A stretch of DNA of 64,000 nt from Polyangiales bacterium (GTDB lineage Bacteria; Myxococcota_A; Polyangia; Polyangiales; JADJQN01), in the NCBI GenBank assembly GCA_964202905.1, contig CAXNJO010000010.1, forward strand, positions 109,159 to 173,158, read 5' to 3'. This document shows, piece by piece, positions 31,521 through 42,100 of this stretch (the first letter of the stretch is position 1; every line of letters starts with the position of its first letter). Made by a program: the position numbers and the translations under genes. The notes under the pieces are model-generated. The model was not told the origin of the DNA. It saw only the letters and a program-made list of their open reading frames with translations, and ran no database searches.

Positions 31521-33849
31521 GCGTTCCTGCGTCCTCTCGCTGCTCGTGCTGCCCGTCGCCGCGTCCCTCGCGGCCTGCGGGGGCGCACCATGCCCCGCCC
31601 CCGCGCCCGCTGCATCGTCCAGATCCGCGCCGACCGCCCCGAGCACGGCGCGCGCCTCACGCGAGCATGGGGCGGAAACGCCCGTAACTCCTCCGGATTC
31701 CGGCATCCTAGCCCAGATCTCCGCGACGCAGAACTTTCGGCTCGGACGCCCCGAGCGCGTCCGCCTCTCTCCAAACGGCAGCACCGCCTATTTCTTGCGC
31801 TCCGGGGCGCGCGAGGCGGCGCGCGACCTCTACGCGCTCGACGTCGTGTCGGGCGAAGAGCGCCGCGTCGTCACGGCCGAGGCCCTGCTCGGCGGCGGGC
31901 GCGAGGAGCTCTCGGACGCCGAGCGCGCACGCCGGGAGCGGCAGCGCCTCGTCGCACGCGGCATCGGCGACTACACGCTCTCGCCCGACGGCGCGACGCT
32001 GCTCGTGCCGCTCTCCGGCAAGCTCTTCCTCGTCGACGCGCGCACCGGCGCCGCGCGCACCGTCGGCGACGCGGCGGCGAGCGAAGCGCCCGTCGACGCG
32101 CGCTTCTCCCCGGACGGCGCTCAGCTCGCCTGCGTGCGCGACGGGGACGTCTACGTCGTCGACGTCGCGAGCGGCCGGGAGCGTCGCCTCACGCGGCGCC
32201 CCTCGCGCGCCATCTCGTACGGCGAGGCCGAGTTCGTCGCGCAGGAGGAGATGGACCGCATGGAGGGCTACTGGTGGTCGCCCGACGGCGCCACGCTCGC
32301 CGTCGAAGAGGCGGACACCGGCCCCGAAGAGACCTTCCACATCGCCGATCCCGCGCACCCGGAGCGCGCCCCGGCGACCTTCCCCTACCCGCGCGCAGGC
32401 CGCGCCAACGCGCTCGTGCGGCTCGGCCTCGTGTCCGCGCGTGGCGGCCGCTTCACCTGGGTCGACTGGGATCGCGAGCGCTTCCCCTACCTCGCGAAGG
32501 TCGTCTGGCCCGCGCGAGGGCCGCTCACGATCCTCGTGCAGGACCGCACGCAGCAGGAGGAGTGGCTGCTCGCCGTCGACCCGCGGACGGGCGCGACGCG
32601 CACGCTGCTCACCGAGCGCGACACCGCGTGGCTGAACCTCGACGCGCAGATGCCGCGTTTCCTCGCGGACGGCAGCTTCCTCTGGACGAGCGAGCGCGGC
32701 GGCGCGTGGCAGCTCGAGCACCGCGCGCCGGACGGCACGCTGCGCCGCGCGCTCACGCTGCCCGAGCTCGGCTACCGCGGGCTCGCGCACGTCGACGAAG
32801 GCGCGGGGGCCGTCTACGTCCGCGCCGCGGCCGACCCGATCGAGGCGCACGTGTGGCGCGTGGCGCTCGCGGGCGACGCGGAGCCCGTGCAGCTGACCAC
32901 GGAGCCGGGCGAGCACGACGCGATCTTCGCCGCGGCCGCGCCCGTGTGGATCGACGTCGCCGACACCGTCGCCGGCGAGCGTTTCGCGCGCGTTCGCCTC
33001 GCGGACGGACGCGCCGGGCCGACGCTCCGCGCGCTCGCCGAGACGCCCGCTGCGCTGCCGCGCCTCGAGCACGTCTGGACGGACACCGAGCCGCGGATGC
33101 GCGCGGTGATCGTGCGGCCGCGCGACTTCGACGCGGCGCGGCGCTACCCGGTGATCGAGTGGGCGTACGGCGGACCGCACGCGCTGCAGGTGCGCGCCTC
33201 GCCCTACCGCTACCTCACCGCGCAGTGGCTCGCGGACCATGGCTTCGTCGTCGTCTGCGTCGACGGCCGCGGCACGCCCGCGCGGGGCCGCGCCTTCGAG
33301 CGCGCGATCGCCCGCGACGTGATCACGCTGCCGCTCGCGGACCACGCGCTCGCGCTGCGCGCGCTCGGCCGGCGCTACCCGGAGCTCGACCTCGAGCGCG
33401 TCGGCGTGCACGGCTGGTCGTTCGGCGGGTACTACGCGGCCATGGCCGTGCTGCGCGGCGACAGCCTCTACAAGGCCGCGGTCGCGGGCGCGCCCGTCAC
33501 GGACTGGCACGACTACGACACGCACTACACCGAGCGCTACATGGGCCTGCCCGACGACAACACCGAGGGCTACACCTCGACGTCGGCGCTGACGCACGCG
33601 GCCGGCCTCGCGCGGCCGCTGCTGCTCGTGCACGGCACGGCCGACGACAACGTCTACTTCCTCCACTCGCTGCGCCTCGCCGACGCGCTCTTCCGCGCGG
33701 GGCGCGCGTTCGAGCTGCTCACGCTCGGCGGGCAGACGCACATGGTGTCCGATCCCGCGCTCACGCGAGGCCTGCAGGCCCGCCTCGCGGGCTTCTTCGC
33801 GCAGCACCTCGGGGCGCCGCGCGCCACGGACACCGCCGACGCGCGATGA
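31519..33849 (+). CDS. S9B dipeptidyl-peptidase IV-family lipoprotein
   Basis: SLAAC lipobox; AEFVAQEEMDR..GYWWSPDG, YPRAG, GWSFGGY, YDTHYTERYMG, HGTADDNV, H in GQTHM. Confidence 0.95.
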   Translation: MRSCVLSLLVLPVAASLAACGGAPCPAPAPAASSRSAPTAPSTARASREHGAETPVTPPDSGILAQISATQNFRLGRPERVRLSPNGSTAYFLRSGAREAARDLYALDVVSGEERRVVTAEALLGGGREELSDAERARRERQRLVARGIGDYTLSPDGATLLVPLSGKLFLVDARTGAARTVGDAAASEAPVDARFSPDGAQLACVRDGDVYVVDVASGRERRLTRRPSRAISYGEAEFVAQEEMDRMEGYWWSPDGATLAVEEADTGPEETFHIADPAHPERAPATFPYPRAGRANALVRLGLVSARGGRFTWVDWDRERFPYLAKVVWPARGPLTILVQDRTQQEEWLLAVDPRTGATRTLLTERDTAWLNLDAQMPRFLADGSFLWTSERGGAWQLEHRAPDGTLRRALTLPELGYRGLAHVDEGAGAVYVRAAADPIEAHVWRVALAGDAEPVQLTTEPGEHDAIFAAAAPVWIDVADTVAGERFARVRLADGRAGPTLRALAETPAALPRLEHVWTDTEPRMRAVIVRPRDFDAARRYPVIEWAYGGPHALQVRASPYRYLTAQWLADHGFVVVCVDGRGTPARGRAFERAIARDVITLPLADHALALRALGRRYPELDLERVGVHGWSFGGYYAAMAVLRGDSLYKAAVAGAPVTDWHDYDTHYTERYMGLPDDNTEGYTSTSALTHAAGLARPLLLVHGTADDNVYFLHSLRLADALFRAGRAFELLTLGGQTHMVSDPALTRGLQARLAGFFAQHLGAPRATDTADAR

Positions 33850-35432
33850 ACGTCGGCGAACTGCTGCGCACGCAGGCGCTGCGGGCGCCGGACCGGATCG
33901 CGCTGCGCGACGCGGAGACGGGCGACGCGGTGACGCTCGGCGCGCTCGACGACGACGCGTGCCGCGTCGCGGGCGCGCTCGTCGCGCGAGGCGTGTCGGC
34001 CGGCGCGCACGTCGCCGTCGCCGGACGCAGCAGCGTCGAGCTCGTCGCGGGTATCTTCGGCGCCGCATACGCGGGCGCGGTCGCCGTGCCGGTGTCGCTC
34101 GGGGAGGCGCCGCAGCCCCTCGCAGCGCGGCTCGCGCGGGCGGGGTGCGCGCACGCGCTCGTCGACGACGCAGGCGCGGCGCTCCTCGCGCAAGCAGCCG
34201 ACGCGCGCGACGCGACGCGCGACGGCGTGGCGCGCGCGGCGCTCGACGTCGCGCTGCTCTCCACCATCCTGAAAGATACCCATGCACCGCGCTCGGACGG
34301 CCCGATCGCGCTCCCCGCGGGCGCACAGGCGTTGCTCCTCGCGACGAGCGGCACGACGGGGACGCCGAAGGGCGCGCGCATCGCGCACGCGTCCTTGCTC
34401 GTGCACACCGCGCTGCTCGTCTCCGATGCGCTCCGTCTCGGCGCGGACGACCGCGTGCTCGCGACGCTGCCGCTCGCGCACTCGTACGGCTTGCGCCTCA
34501 CGCTGCTCGCGCCGCTGCTCGCCGGCGCCGAGATCGTGCTCGCGCGCCGCTTCGACGCCGCCCGCACGCTCCGCGCGCTCCACGACCATCGCGTGACCTT
34601 CGCGCCCGTGGTGCCGACGATGCTCGCCGCGTGGTGCGACGTCCCGCAGGCGCCGGGCGAAGACCTCTCCGCGCTGCGCTTCGCGCTCTCGGCCGGTGCG
34701 CCGCTCCCCGACGCGCTCGCCCTGCGCGCGGAGGCGCGGCTCGGCTGCGCGGTGCGGCAGGGCTACGGGATGACGGAGGCCACGTTCTCCGCGGTGGACG
34801 CACCGCCCGCGGCGCGCGTGCTCGGCTCGGTCGGACGCGCGGTGCTCGGCGTCGAGCTACGCGTCGTCGACGCCGACGGCCGCGCGCTGCCTCCCGGTGA
34901 GACGGGCGAGCTGGTCGTGCGCGGGCACCACACGATGCTCGGCTACGACGACGACGCCGAGACCGCGGCGGTGCAGCTCCCCGGCGGCTTCCTGCGCTCC
35001 GGCGACCTGGGACGCATCGACGCGGACGGCCGCGTCTGGGTCACGGATCGCCGCAAGGACCTCATCCTCCGCGGCGGCGCGAACGTCGCGCCCTCGACGG
35101 TGGAGCGCGCGCTCGCGTCGGCGCGCGGCGTGCGCGAGGTCGCCGTGTTCGGGGTGCCGCACGACCACTACGGCGAGGCGGTCGCCGCCGCGGTGCGCCT
35201 CGACGAGGGCGCGACGCCCGACGTGGAGGCCCTCGCCGCGCACGCCGCCGCCCTGCTCGCGCGCCACGAGGTGCCGAGCGCCTTCGTGTTCGTCGACACG
35301 CTCCCGGCGAGCGCGACCGGCAAGGTCGACCGCCGCGGGCTGCGGGACAGCGTCCTGCGCGGCGCGCTCGCGCTGATTCCGACCGACCCGCGACGTCGAA
35401 CCGACGTTCGCCGAAGTCGACACGACGGGTGA
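33846..35432 (+). CDS. AMP-dependent acyl-CoA synthetase/ligase
   Basis: TSGTTGTPKG, QGYGMTE, RSGDLGRID, DRRKDLILRGG, ATGKVDR; ATGA overlap with the S9 gene. Confidence 0.92.
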   Translation: MNVGELLRTQALRAPDRIALRDAETGDAVTLGALDDDACRVAGALVARGVSAGAHVAVAGRSSVELVAGIFGAAYAGAVAVPVSLGEAPQPLAARLARAGCAHALVDDAGAALLAQAADARDATRDGVARAALDVALLSTILKDTHAPRSDGPIALPAGAQALLLATSGTTGTPKGARIAHASLLVHTALLVSDALRLGADDRVLATLPLAHSYGLRLTLLAPLLAGAEIVLARRFDAARTLRALHDHRVTFAPVVPTMLAAWCDVPQAPGEDLSALRFALSAGAPLPDALALRAEARLGCAVRQGYGMTEATFSAVDAPPAARVLGSVGRAVLGVELRVVDADGRALPPGETGELVVRGHHTMLGYDDDAETAAVQLPGGFLRSGDLGRIDADGRVWVTDRRKDLILRGGANVAPSTVERALASARGVREVAVFGVPHDHYGEAVAAAVRLDEGATPDVEALAAHAAALLARHEVPSAFVFVDTLPASATGKVDRRGLRDSVLRGALALIPTDPRRRTDVRRSRHDG

Positions 35433-35509
35433 ACCGCCCCGAGACGCCCGGCCACGCGCGTGCAGCGCGGGAGCGTCACGCCGCGGGCCGGGATGCGGCG
35501 GCGCCGCGA

Positions 35510-38500
35510 CTAGCGCGATACCTCGATCGTGTAGGTGTTGCAGGTGGCCACCGCCGACCTCCGATGGACGCGGAGGTAGATCGTGGACGGCCAAGCGACA
35601 TCTTCCGTCCGATAGCCGCTGATCCCCGGCGCCGCTGTCGTTGCCGTCGTTGAATTGCCAGGTGCTGAGATTGAGATGCGTCCCGCCCCCGCCGCACGAG
35701 GAGGCGGTCAGCGACGCGCAACTGTTGTAGAAGACGTCGAACGCGTATTCGTCGGCTCCGGCCCTGAACACGACTTGCGGCCGAACCGTCGCCGAAGCGT
35801 TGTCGCCCAAGAACCCGCGTCCCGAGGACCCGAACGAGACGACGTACCAGTCGTAGTCCGTGGTGGTCCCGAACGGGATGAGTCCGGTCCTGGAGACCAG
35901 CGAACCAACCGCCACGGCCGTCACGGGGGTCGCTGCGGCGCAGGTCGTGTTGGTGCTCATGTCCCGGCATTCGCAGCCATCCGCGGACAGCCCCGTGGTG
36001 AGGTTGACGTCGAAGTACGTCGAATCGCAACATCGCGATTCTGCAGACGTCCCCGACTGCACGTATCGGCGCCGTTCGCGAGGTTGCACACGGCCCCGCA
36101 CGCGCCGCAGCTCGAGAGCGAGTCCAACGTATTCTCGCAACCGTTCATGTCGCTGAGCGCGGGACCCCTCGAGTTGGTTGGGCAGGTCGCAGTTGCCGAA
36201 GCCCGCGTCGCACGTCCCGGAGGTGCGACACTTTTCCGTCCCCTCCTCCCCCAACACCTCTGCACAGCTCTCACCGACGTTCGCCCTCGCGCACGTGGGG
36301 AACGCCCCGGAAGAACCGGTCCTCCCCTCGGGGTCGGCGTAGCCGGGGCAGCCTCCGCAGGCCGTCAACGTGTTGAGGGGATTCTCGCAACCGTTCACGT
36401 CCTCACCGTCACAGTTGCCCCAGCCCCTGTCGCACGAGCCGATCTCGCACGAGCCGACACCGCCCGCTCCCACGATGCAGCGTCCTCCCGCGTGGGCGCG
36501 AGGGCAGCCGGAGTCACAGCCGTAACAGCAGAACCGACCGAAGGCGTCGCTCGCGCCGGGGTTGCAAGTGCCGAAGACGGCGGTCGGGCAGAGGTTCGGC
36601 CACTCGGCGACCTCGTTGACGCAGCCGCCGTTGTAGGTCGTATCTCCGACGGGCGTGGTGCCGTTCGAGAGCCGCTCGCCGTACGTCTGATAACGCACCG
36701 CTGCCCAACCGACGGCCCCCTCCGCGGGGACCGCCGGGAGCCCCGCGACCGCGCAAGTCAGCACGGGGTCGGACGGGTCCACGCCGCCGCCCGTCGTCGG
36801 CGCGACCGAGTCGACGCAGCCGGGCACGCCGCCACACGCCTCCACCTGGCAGGCGTTGAAGGTCAGCGACGCGCTCGACGGGGCGGCCGCGCTGCCGCTC
36901 GTCGTCAGCGAAGCCCCCCCGAACGCGATCCGTCGACGCTGAAACGGCGTCGGCGTGAGGACCGTGTCAGCCACGACCTGCACGCACTGGAACTGCGAGT
37001 GGTGGTTCATGCCGCGGAAGACGCCGCCAGCCGGGCGCGCGCCCGCCAGCTCGCAGAGTCCATGATTCCGCAGCAGCGTGCCCGAGGTGACGACACGGCT
37101 CCCATCGGGCGCCGTCCCGACCGAGAGCGGCGGCAGCGGACGAGAGCTGATGTTCGCGGGGGACGGCTGCGCGGGCGTGCCCATCGACGAGGTCCCCGAC
37201 GCGTCGTTGGTCAGCGGGCCGATGGGGTCGACGCCGCACCGCCCCGTGCGGTCGGAACAGCTGTATTGTCCGAAATCGAAGCCGGGGGCCGGGGTGGCCG
37301 CGCCTGCATCGTAACCCGGCGGTCGGTCACGCTCGCAGTTGCGCCAATAGGCCGTGTCAATCCGCGTCGAGGGCGCGTAGAGCGCGTCGGACCCGTAGCC
37401 GAGCGGAAAACTCGGCTCACAGCGGGACCGCTCCGCGATCATCAGCGTCCCGAGGCCGCCGGCGCTGGCCGGCTCACGCCACCCCGTCCGATAGAGCTCC
37501 ACGAAGTGAGCGAAGCTGCGGAGCCGCAACGTTTCGCCGAGCGGCGCGGTGTCAAGCGGCGTCGGCTGAGTCTGCGAGAGGTCCTCCGTGCCGTCGTCGT
37601 CGTAGTCGCCGAGGCCCGTCACGCACGCCTTCGTCAGGCCATTCAGCTCGTTGGCGTGAAAGCGACGCCCACCGGCGGCGTACGGCAGCGCGACCACGAG
37701 TCGCTCCGCCTCCCCCTCGACGTCGTTCCGCTTGTTCTCAAAAAGGCGCAGCGCCAGCGGGGTGCACACCGTCGACGGATCGCGATTCTGGAGCAACCCC
37801 TCCTCGCACGACTCCACCAGCAGGGTATTTCCGTACTCGTCCATCATCTCGACGGAACCGGCTGCGCGCACCGAGCAGCGCGCGTTCGCCAAAATCGCGC
37901 GGTCGATGGGCGTCCGACCGAGAATCGCCCGAACTTCCGAGCGAACCCAGCCGTCACCGTCGCGGTCACAGGCGACCGGCGCCCGCTCTCCGCCGGCATC
38001 GAAGTAATAGCCGGGTATCGTCTCGCAGACGCAGTTGTCCCCCGCGTCGGCATAGGGCCAGTAACCGCCCGTCGCCCCCTCGAGCACACAGCTGCGGGTG
38101 CAGGTCACCGAGCACGTCCCGCCGGATCCGACGACCTGATCACGCCGCGGGCACGGCCACTCCACGCACGTCGGCCCGGCGGGATTGGCAACGTCGCAGT
38201 ATTGCGAGGCCGTACAAAAAACCGCCCCGCAGCGGACGTCCTCGACGCACACGCCGCGCTCATCGTGGAAGTCGACCGCGCAGGCGCCGCAGGCCCCGAC
38301 GCCATCGGTCTCGGCGCAGACACGATTCTGCGCGGCGCAGTCGAGGCTGGCCGGCAGGCCGGGCGTACAGGTCGGCTCAGCGCTGCAACCGGTGCTGACG
38401 CACGCGACGCACGTCGAGCTCGAGGCGGCCCACCGATAGCCGTCGATGCAAGCGGCGGCGATGCAGGTCGCGTCGACGCCCGGGGTCGCCAGGCACGCCT

Positions 38501-39137
38501 GGAACGGTGCGCAAAGACCGGCGCGGACCAGGTCGTCACACGTCGTCGCGGCACGGCAGGAGGCGGCCTCGCAAATCAGCCCGCCCGTGCAGAACCCCGC
38601 GGCGCACGGGCAGCCTTCGATGTCCGTGGCGCACGTCTGGCAAAGGCCACTCTCACAGGTACCGCCCACATCGCAGGCGGGTGCCGCCGCGCGGCAGGGA
38701 CAGCCGAGCGCGCCCTCGGCGCACGTATCGGCGACACACACCAAACCGGTGCACATCAACCCGGTGCCGCAAACGTCCCCCGTGTCGCAGCGACAACCGA
38801 GCTCACCCGGCGGGCACGTCTCGCACAGACTGGAGCCGCCGCAGCGAAAACCGGTGTCGCAGGAGCCGCTGCTCCGGCACGGACATCCCTCGGCGCCGGG
38901 TGTGCACGCCTCGCACATCCCCATTCGACACACGCCCTCGGTGCAGCGGTCCCCATCGCACGCGCAGCCGAGCGCACCGACGACGCAGCCCGCGTCGATG
39001 CCCGCATCGAGCGCGGCATCGGCGCTGGCATCGGTCCCGGCATCGGGCTCAGGGGCCGGACCCGGGCCCGAGCCGCAGCCGGACGCAAGAGCCAGGAGGA
39101 CGAGCGAGGCAGCGGCCGCGAGGAGGGTATTGCGCAT
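35510..39137 (-). CDS. ~1200-aa Cys-rich lipoprotein of the putative Tc-like operon (uncharacterised central domain, PPC-like C-terminus); indels near 36050-36180 and ~35625
   Basis: LASGC lipobox; CxxGxxGCxC repeats; ACDRDGDGW and GDYDDDG Ca-type loops; reconstructed end ...WPSTIYLRVHRRSAVATCNTYTIEVSR-TAG at 35510; start overlaps the upstream stop (TGATG at 39135-39139). Confidence 0.7.
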
Positions 39138-42100
39138 CAGAGGGGCGTGAAGTCTTGGTAGTAGATGTAGACCTTGATGTCGGTCAGGGCGTTGAGATCG
39201 ATGTCTTGATTCACGACCTCGTCACGCTGATTGAAGACCAGGTCCCACGAGGTGTTGATGAGCGGCTGATCTCGCAGCCGCGAGTTCTGGGTCACGTCCG
39301 ACGAGAACGAGAGTCGGTTTCCGTTGAAGAACGTGTTCACGACCGCGGTCCGCTGCGGGAAGATGTAGAAATCATCCCGGTCGTCGAGGCCGCGGATCAC
39401 GCCCGTGCCCTTCGGCCGCAGATAGACGCGGCCGACGCTGTCGCCGCCGACACCGACGATCTCGCTCTCCACGTAGAGAATCTTGTGATTCCGCGTGAGG
39501 GGCGAGAGCTGGGCGGCGCTGGTCCCGAAGCTCATCGTCAGGTAGCCGTTGGCGTCGAGCCGGTCGACGTCCTGCATGCTCTCGTGGAGCAGGGTGAGTC
39601 GCTCGGTGGTCGTGAGATCCACGCCGTCCGTGCCCTTCTCGGGGATCTGCAGGATGTCGTTCATCAAGGAGAGCACGAGGACCCGCGTGTCGGGCGAGCC
39701 GTAGGTCTCCTCGAAGGCGATCATCGCGTTCTGCAGCTCGAGCAGGTAGTTCTCGAGGTTGTATTCCCCCGCGCCGACCATGCGGATGAGGAACAGCTGC
39801 TCCCAGCGGGGATAGGTCTGGCTCGTGTAGTACTCGAAGACACGTGTGGCGCGGTACGCCATGCGGATGGCGTCCTTGAAAGCGATGTCCGCGTTGAGCA
39901 CGGCATCGTTGCGGTACACGCGCACGTTCGGGTCGTTGCGGGCCGACTCGATGTCGACGAGCAGCCCTCGGCTCTCTTCGAGCTCGAGCTGCCGACGCTG
40001 CGCTTCGTTGAAGAGGCGCCCCACCTCGGCGACCGCGAGCTGCGACGTGCGGCGTGCGCGGCGCCCCTCGAGCCGGACCTCTTGCACGCCGAGCAGGAGC
40101 GACGCCATCCGTTGATTCGACTGGATGTCGATGGCATCGCATTGGGCCGCCGTCACCCAGCGCGCCGTCGTGCGCTCCGACTGGTCGAGCTGGCTCTGGA
40201 TGTCGGCGATCTCGTCCTGGTGCAGCGCCGCGTTGAAGAAGTTGGCCTCTGCCGCGAGGGCCCCGATCGCCCCGTCGATCGCCTCGTTGACGCAACCGAG
40301 CCCGAAGTCCCCCGTCGGGCTCGTGTTCGGGATGCAGGCCAACCCCTTCGCCAAATCTGCGACGCCGTTGATCCCGACCGAGAGCAGCTCTTGCTCGTTG
40401 CGCGCGGCCTGCATGTCCGCTGCGAGGTTCGTGACCACGCCGGCGCGCGTGTACTGGTACATCGCGACGTCGAGGATCTGGTCACATTGCTGCTCGGCGC
40501 TCTCCTTCTCCAAGCGCACTTGCTCGAAGATGTTGGAGAGCTGAACCGAATTGGCGCGCTGCAGATCGGCGGTCTGCGAGACCTCGACGAGCGCATTGTG
40601 GATCTGACCGTTGCCGAGGCGCCCGCACGGATCGCCGAGCAGCTCCGGATAGCGCGACTGCGACGCATAGGAGCGGATCGCGGGATAGACGCGCCCGTCG
40701 ATCTCCGACACGAAGGTCCCGCAGAGCTCGCCGAGCTGCGCCTCGTAGGTGTTGCGCAGCCGGACCAGCTCCGCCTGGAACTGCGCCGCGTCCGTCTGGA
40801 AGCTGCGGTTCGAGGCGAGCGCCTGGTCCTCGCGCATGCGCGCGAACGACGACCGGGCCTGCGCGATCTCGAGCGTGACCTCGAACGCGTTCCGACCGCG
40901 CGCGCTCCCGTCGAGCGGCGGGAACGGGATGAAGTCGGGCTCGAAACCGAAGTAGTTGACGTCGTCGATCAACGTCCCGAACAGGTCCCGCATGTCGAGC
41001 AGGGTCATCCGGTAGCGGCGGAGCGCCTGCTGGATCGTGTCGTCGATCTGCGGGCGATCGGCGTTGACGGAGCGTCGGGCGATCTCGTTCATCAGCTGGA
41101 CGATCACGCCGGACTCGAGGAACGCGGCCTCGTAGGCGCGCTGGATGACCGACCGCGACAACGCCGGCTCATTCAGGCGCTGGTAGCGTAGCGCGATCTC
41201 CGAGTAGGCCCGCGCCCGCTGCGTCGAGGCCCGAATGAGGCGCTCGAGGTGCAGGACCACCGTCTCCGCGCTGAGGAAGACGAGGGGGCTGTCCACCGAG
41301 TCTGGGCTGCGCGAGAGCGTCTCCGCGAAGTCCGGGCCGAGGCCGTAGAGCCGGTCCAAGGCGAGCTGGTAGTGCTGCACCGCGCGGTAGAGCGCGACCA
41401 TCTCGAAGCCGGCCACGCCAGAGAGGTCGACGCCCCCGGGCTCGAGCAGCGAGCCCTGGAACGCGGCGCCACCCACGCCGGCGAGGTCGAAGCGCGACAT
41501 GAAGGCCTGGGTGAGCGCCTCGTCGCCCTGCATCACGAGGAGCTCGGCGTAGAGGCGCTCGAAGCCGTCACGCGCCCGGGTCACCGTGGTGCCGACGAGG
41601 CTGCTGGGGAACTCGGCGAACGAGCCCCGCAAGAACGCCTGGACCTCCGATGCGCGCGCGACCGTCCCGAGGCGCGTGAAGCTCCCGACGGCGGCCCGAT
41701 CGTCGCGGTAGACCGCGAGCAGGCAATCGATGCGCGCGCGGATCTCCTCGATCACCTCCGGCGCGTAGCAGTACGGGATCTGGTCGGAGCCCGGGATGCA
41801 GACGCGTGGCGCAAAGCCGACGCGCGAGCCCGACGAGCTCGTGAAGCGCGTGCGGTAGCGGAAGGCCGCGTCGATCGAGGCCTGGAGCGGATCGTAGGTG
41901 CGGCCGACGCTCGGCGCGGGCCGATAGAAGATCTTGCCCGTGCGCAGGTTCAGCCGATCGTCGTCGCAGTACGGAGGCACGGTCCCGGCGACCGCCGCGC
42001 ACTGATAATACGGGGCGTACACGGTGACGATGCCGTTCTCTCGCCAGGTGTTGAGCGTCTCTTGACAGTTCATCGCGTCGGGACGCGTCGCCGACGGCGT

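Noticed and set aside
29892..35432. 1846-aa plus-strand ORF
   Set aside because: Arg/Ala-rich shadow frame; only 33846-35432 encodes the acyl-CoA ligase
34857..35509. C-terminal extension of the 1426-aa track ORF, antisense to the ligase
   Set aside because: Artefact of an indel near 35625; a sensible beta-strand C-terminus ends at the TAG at 35510-35512 in another frame
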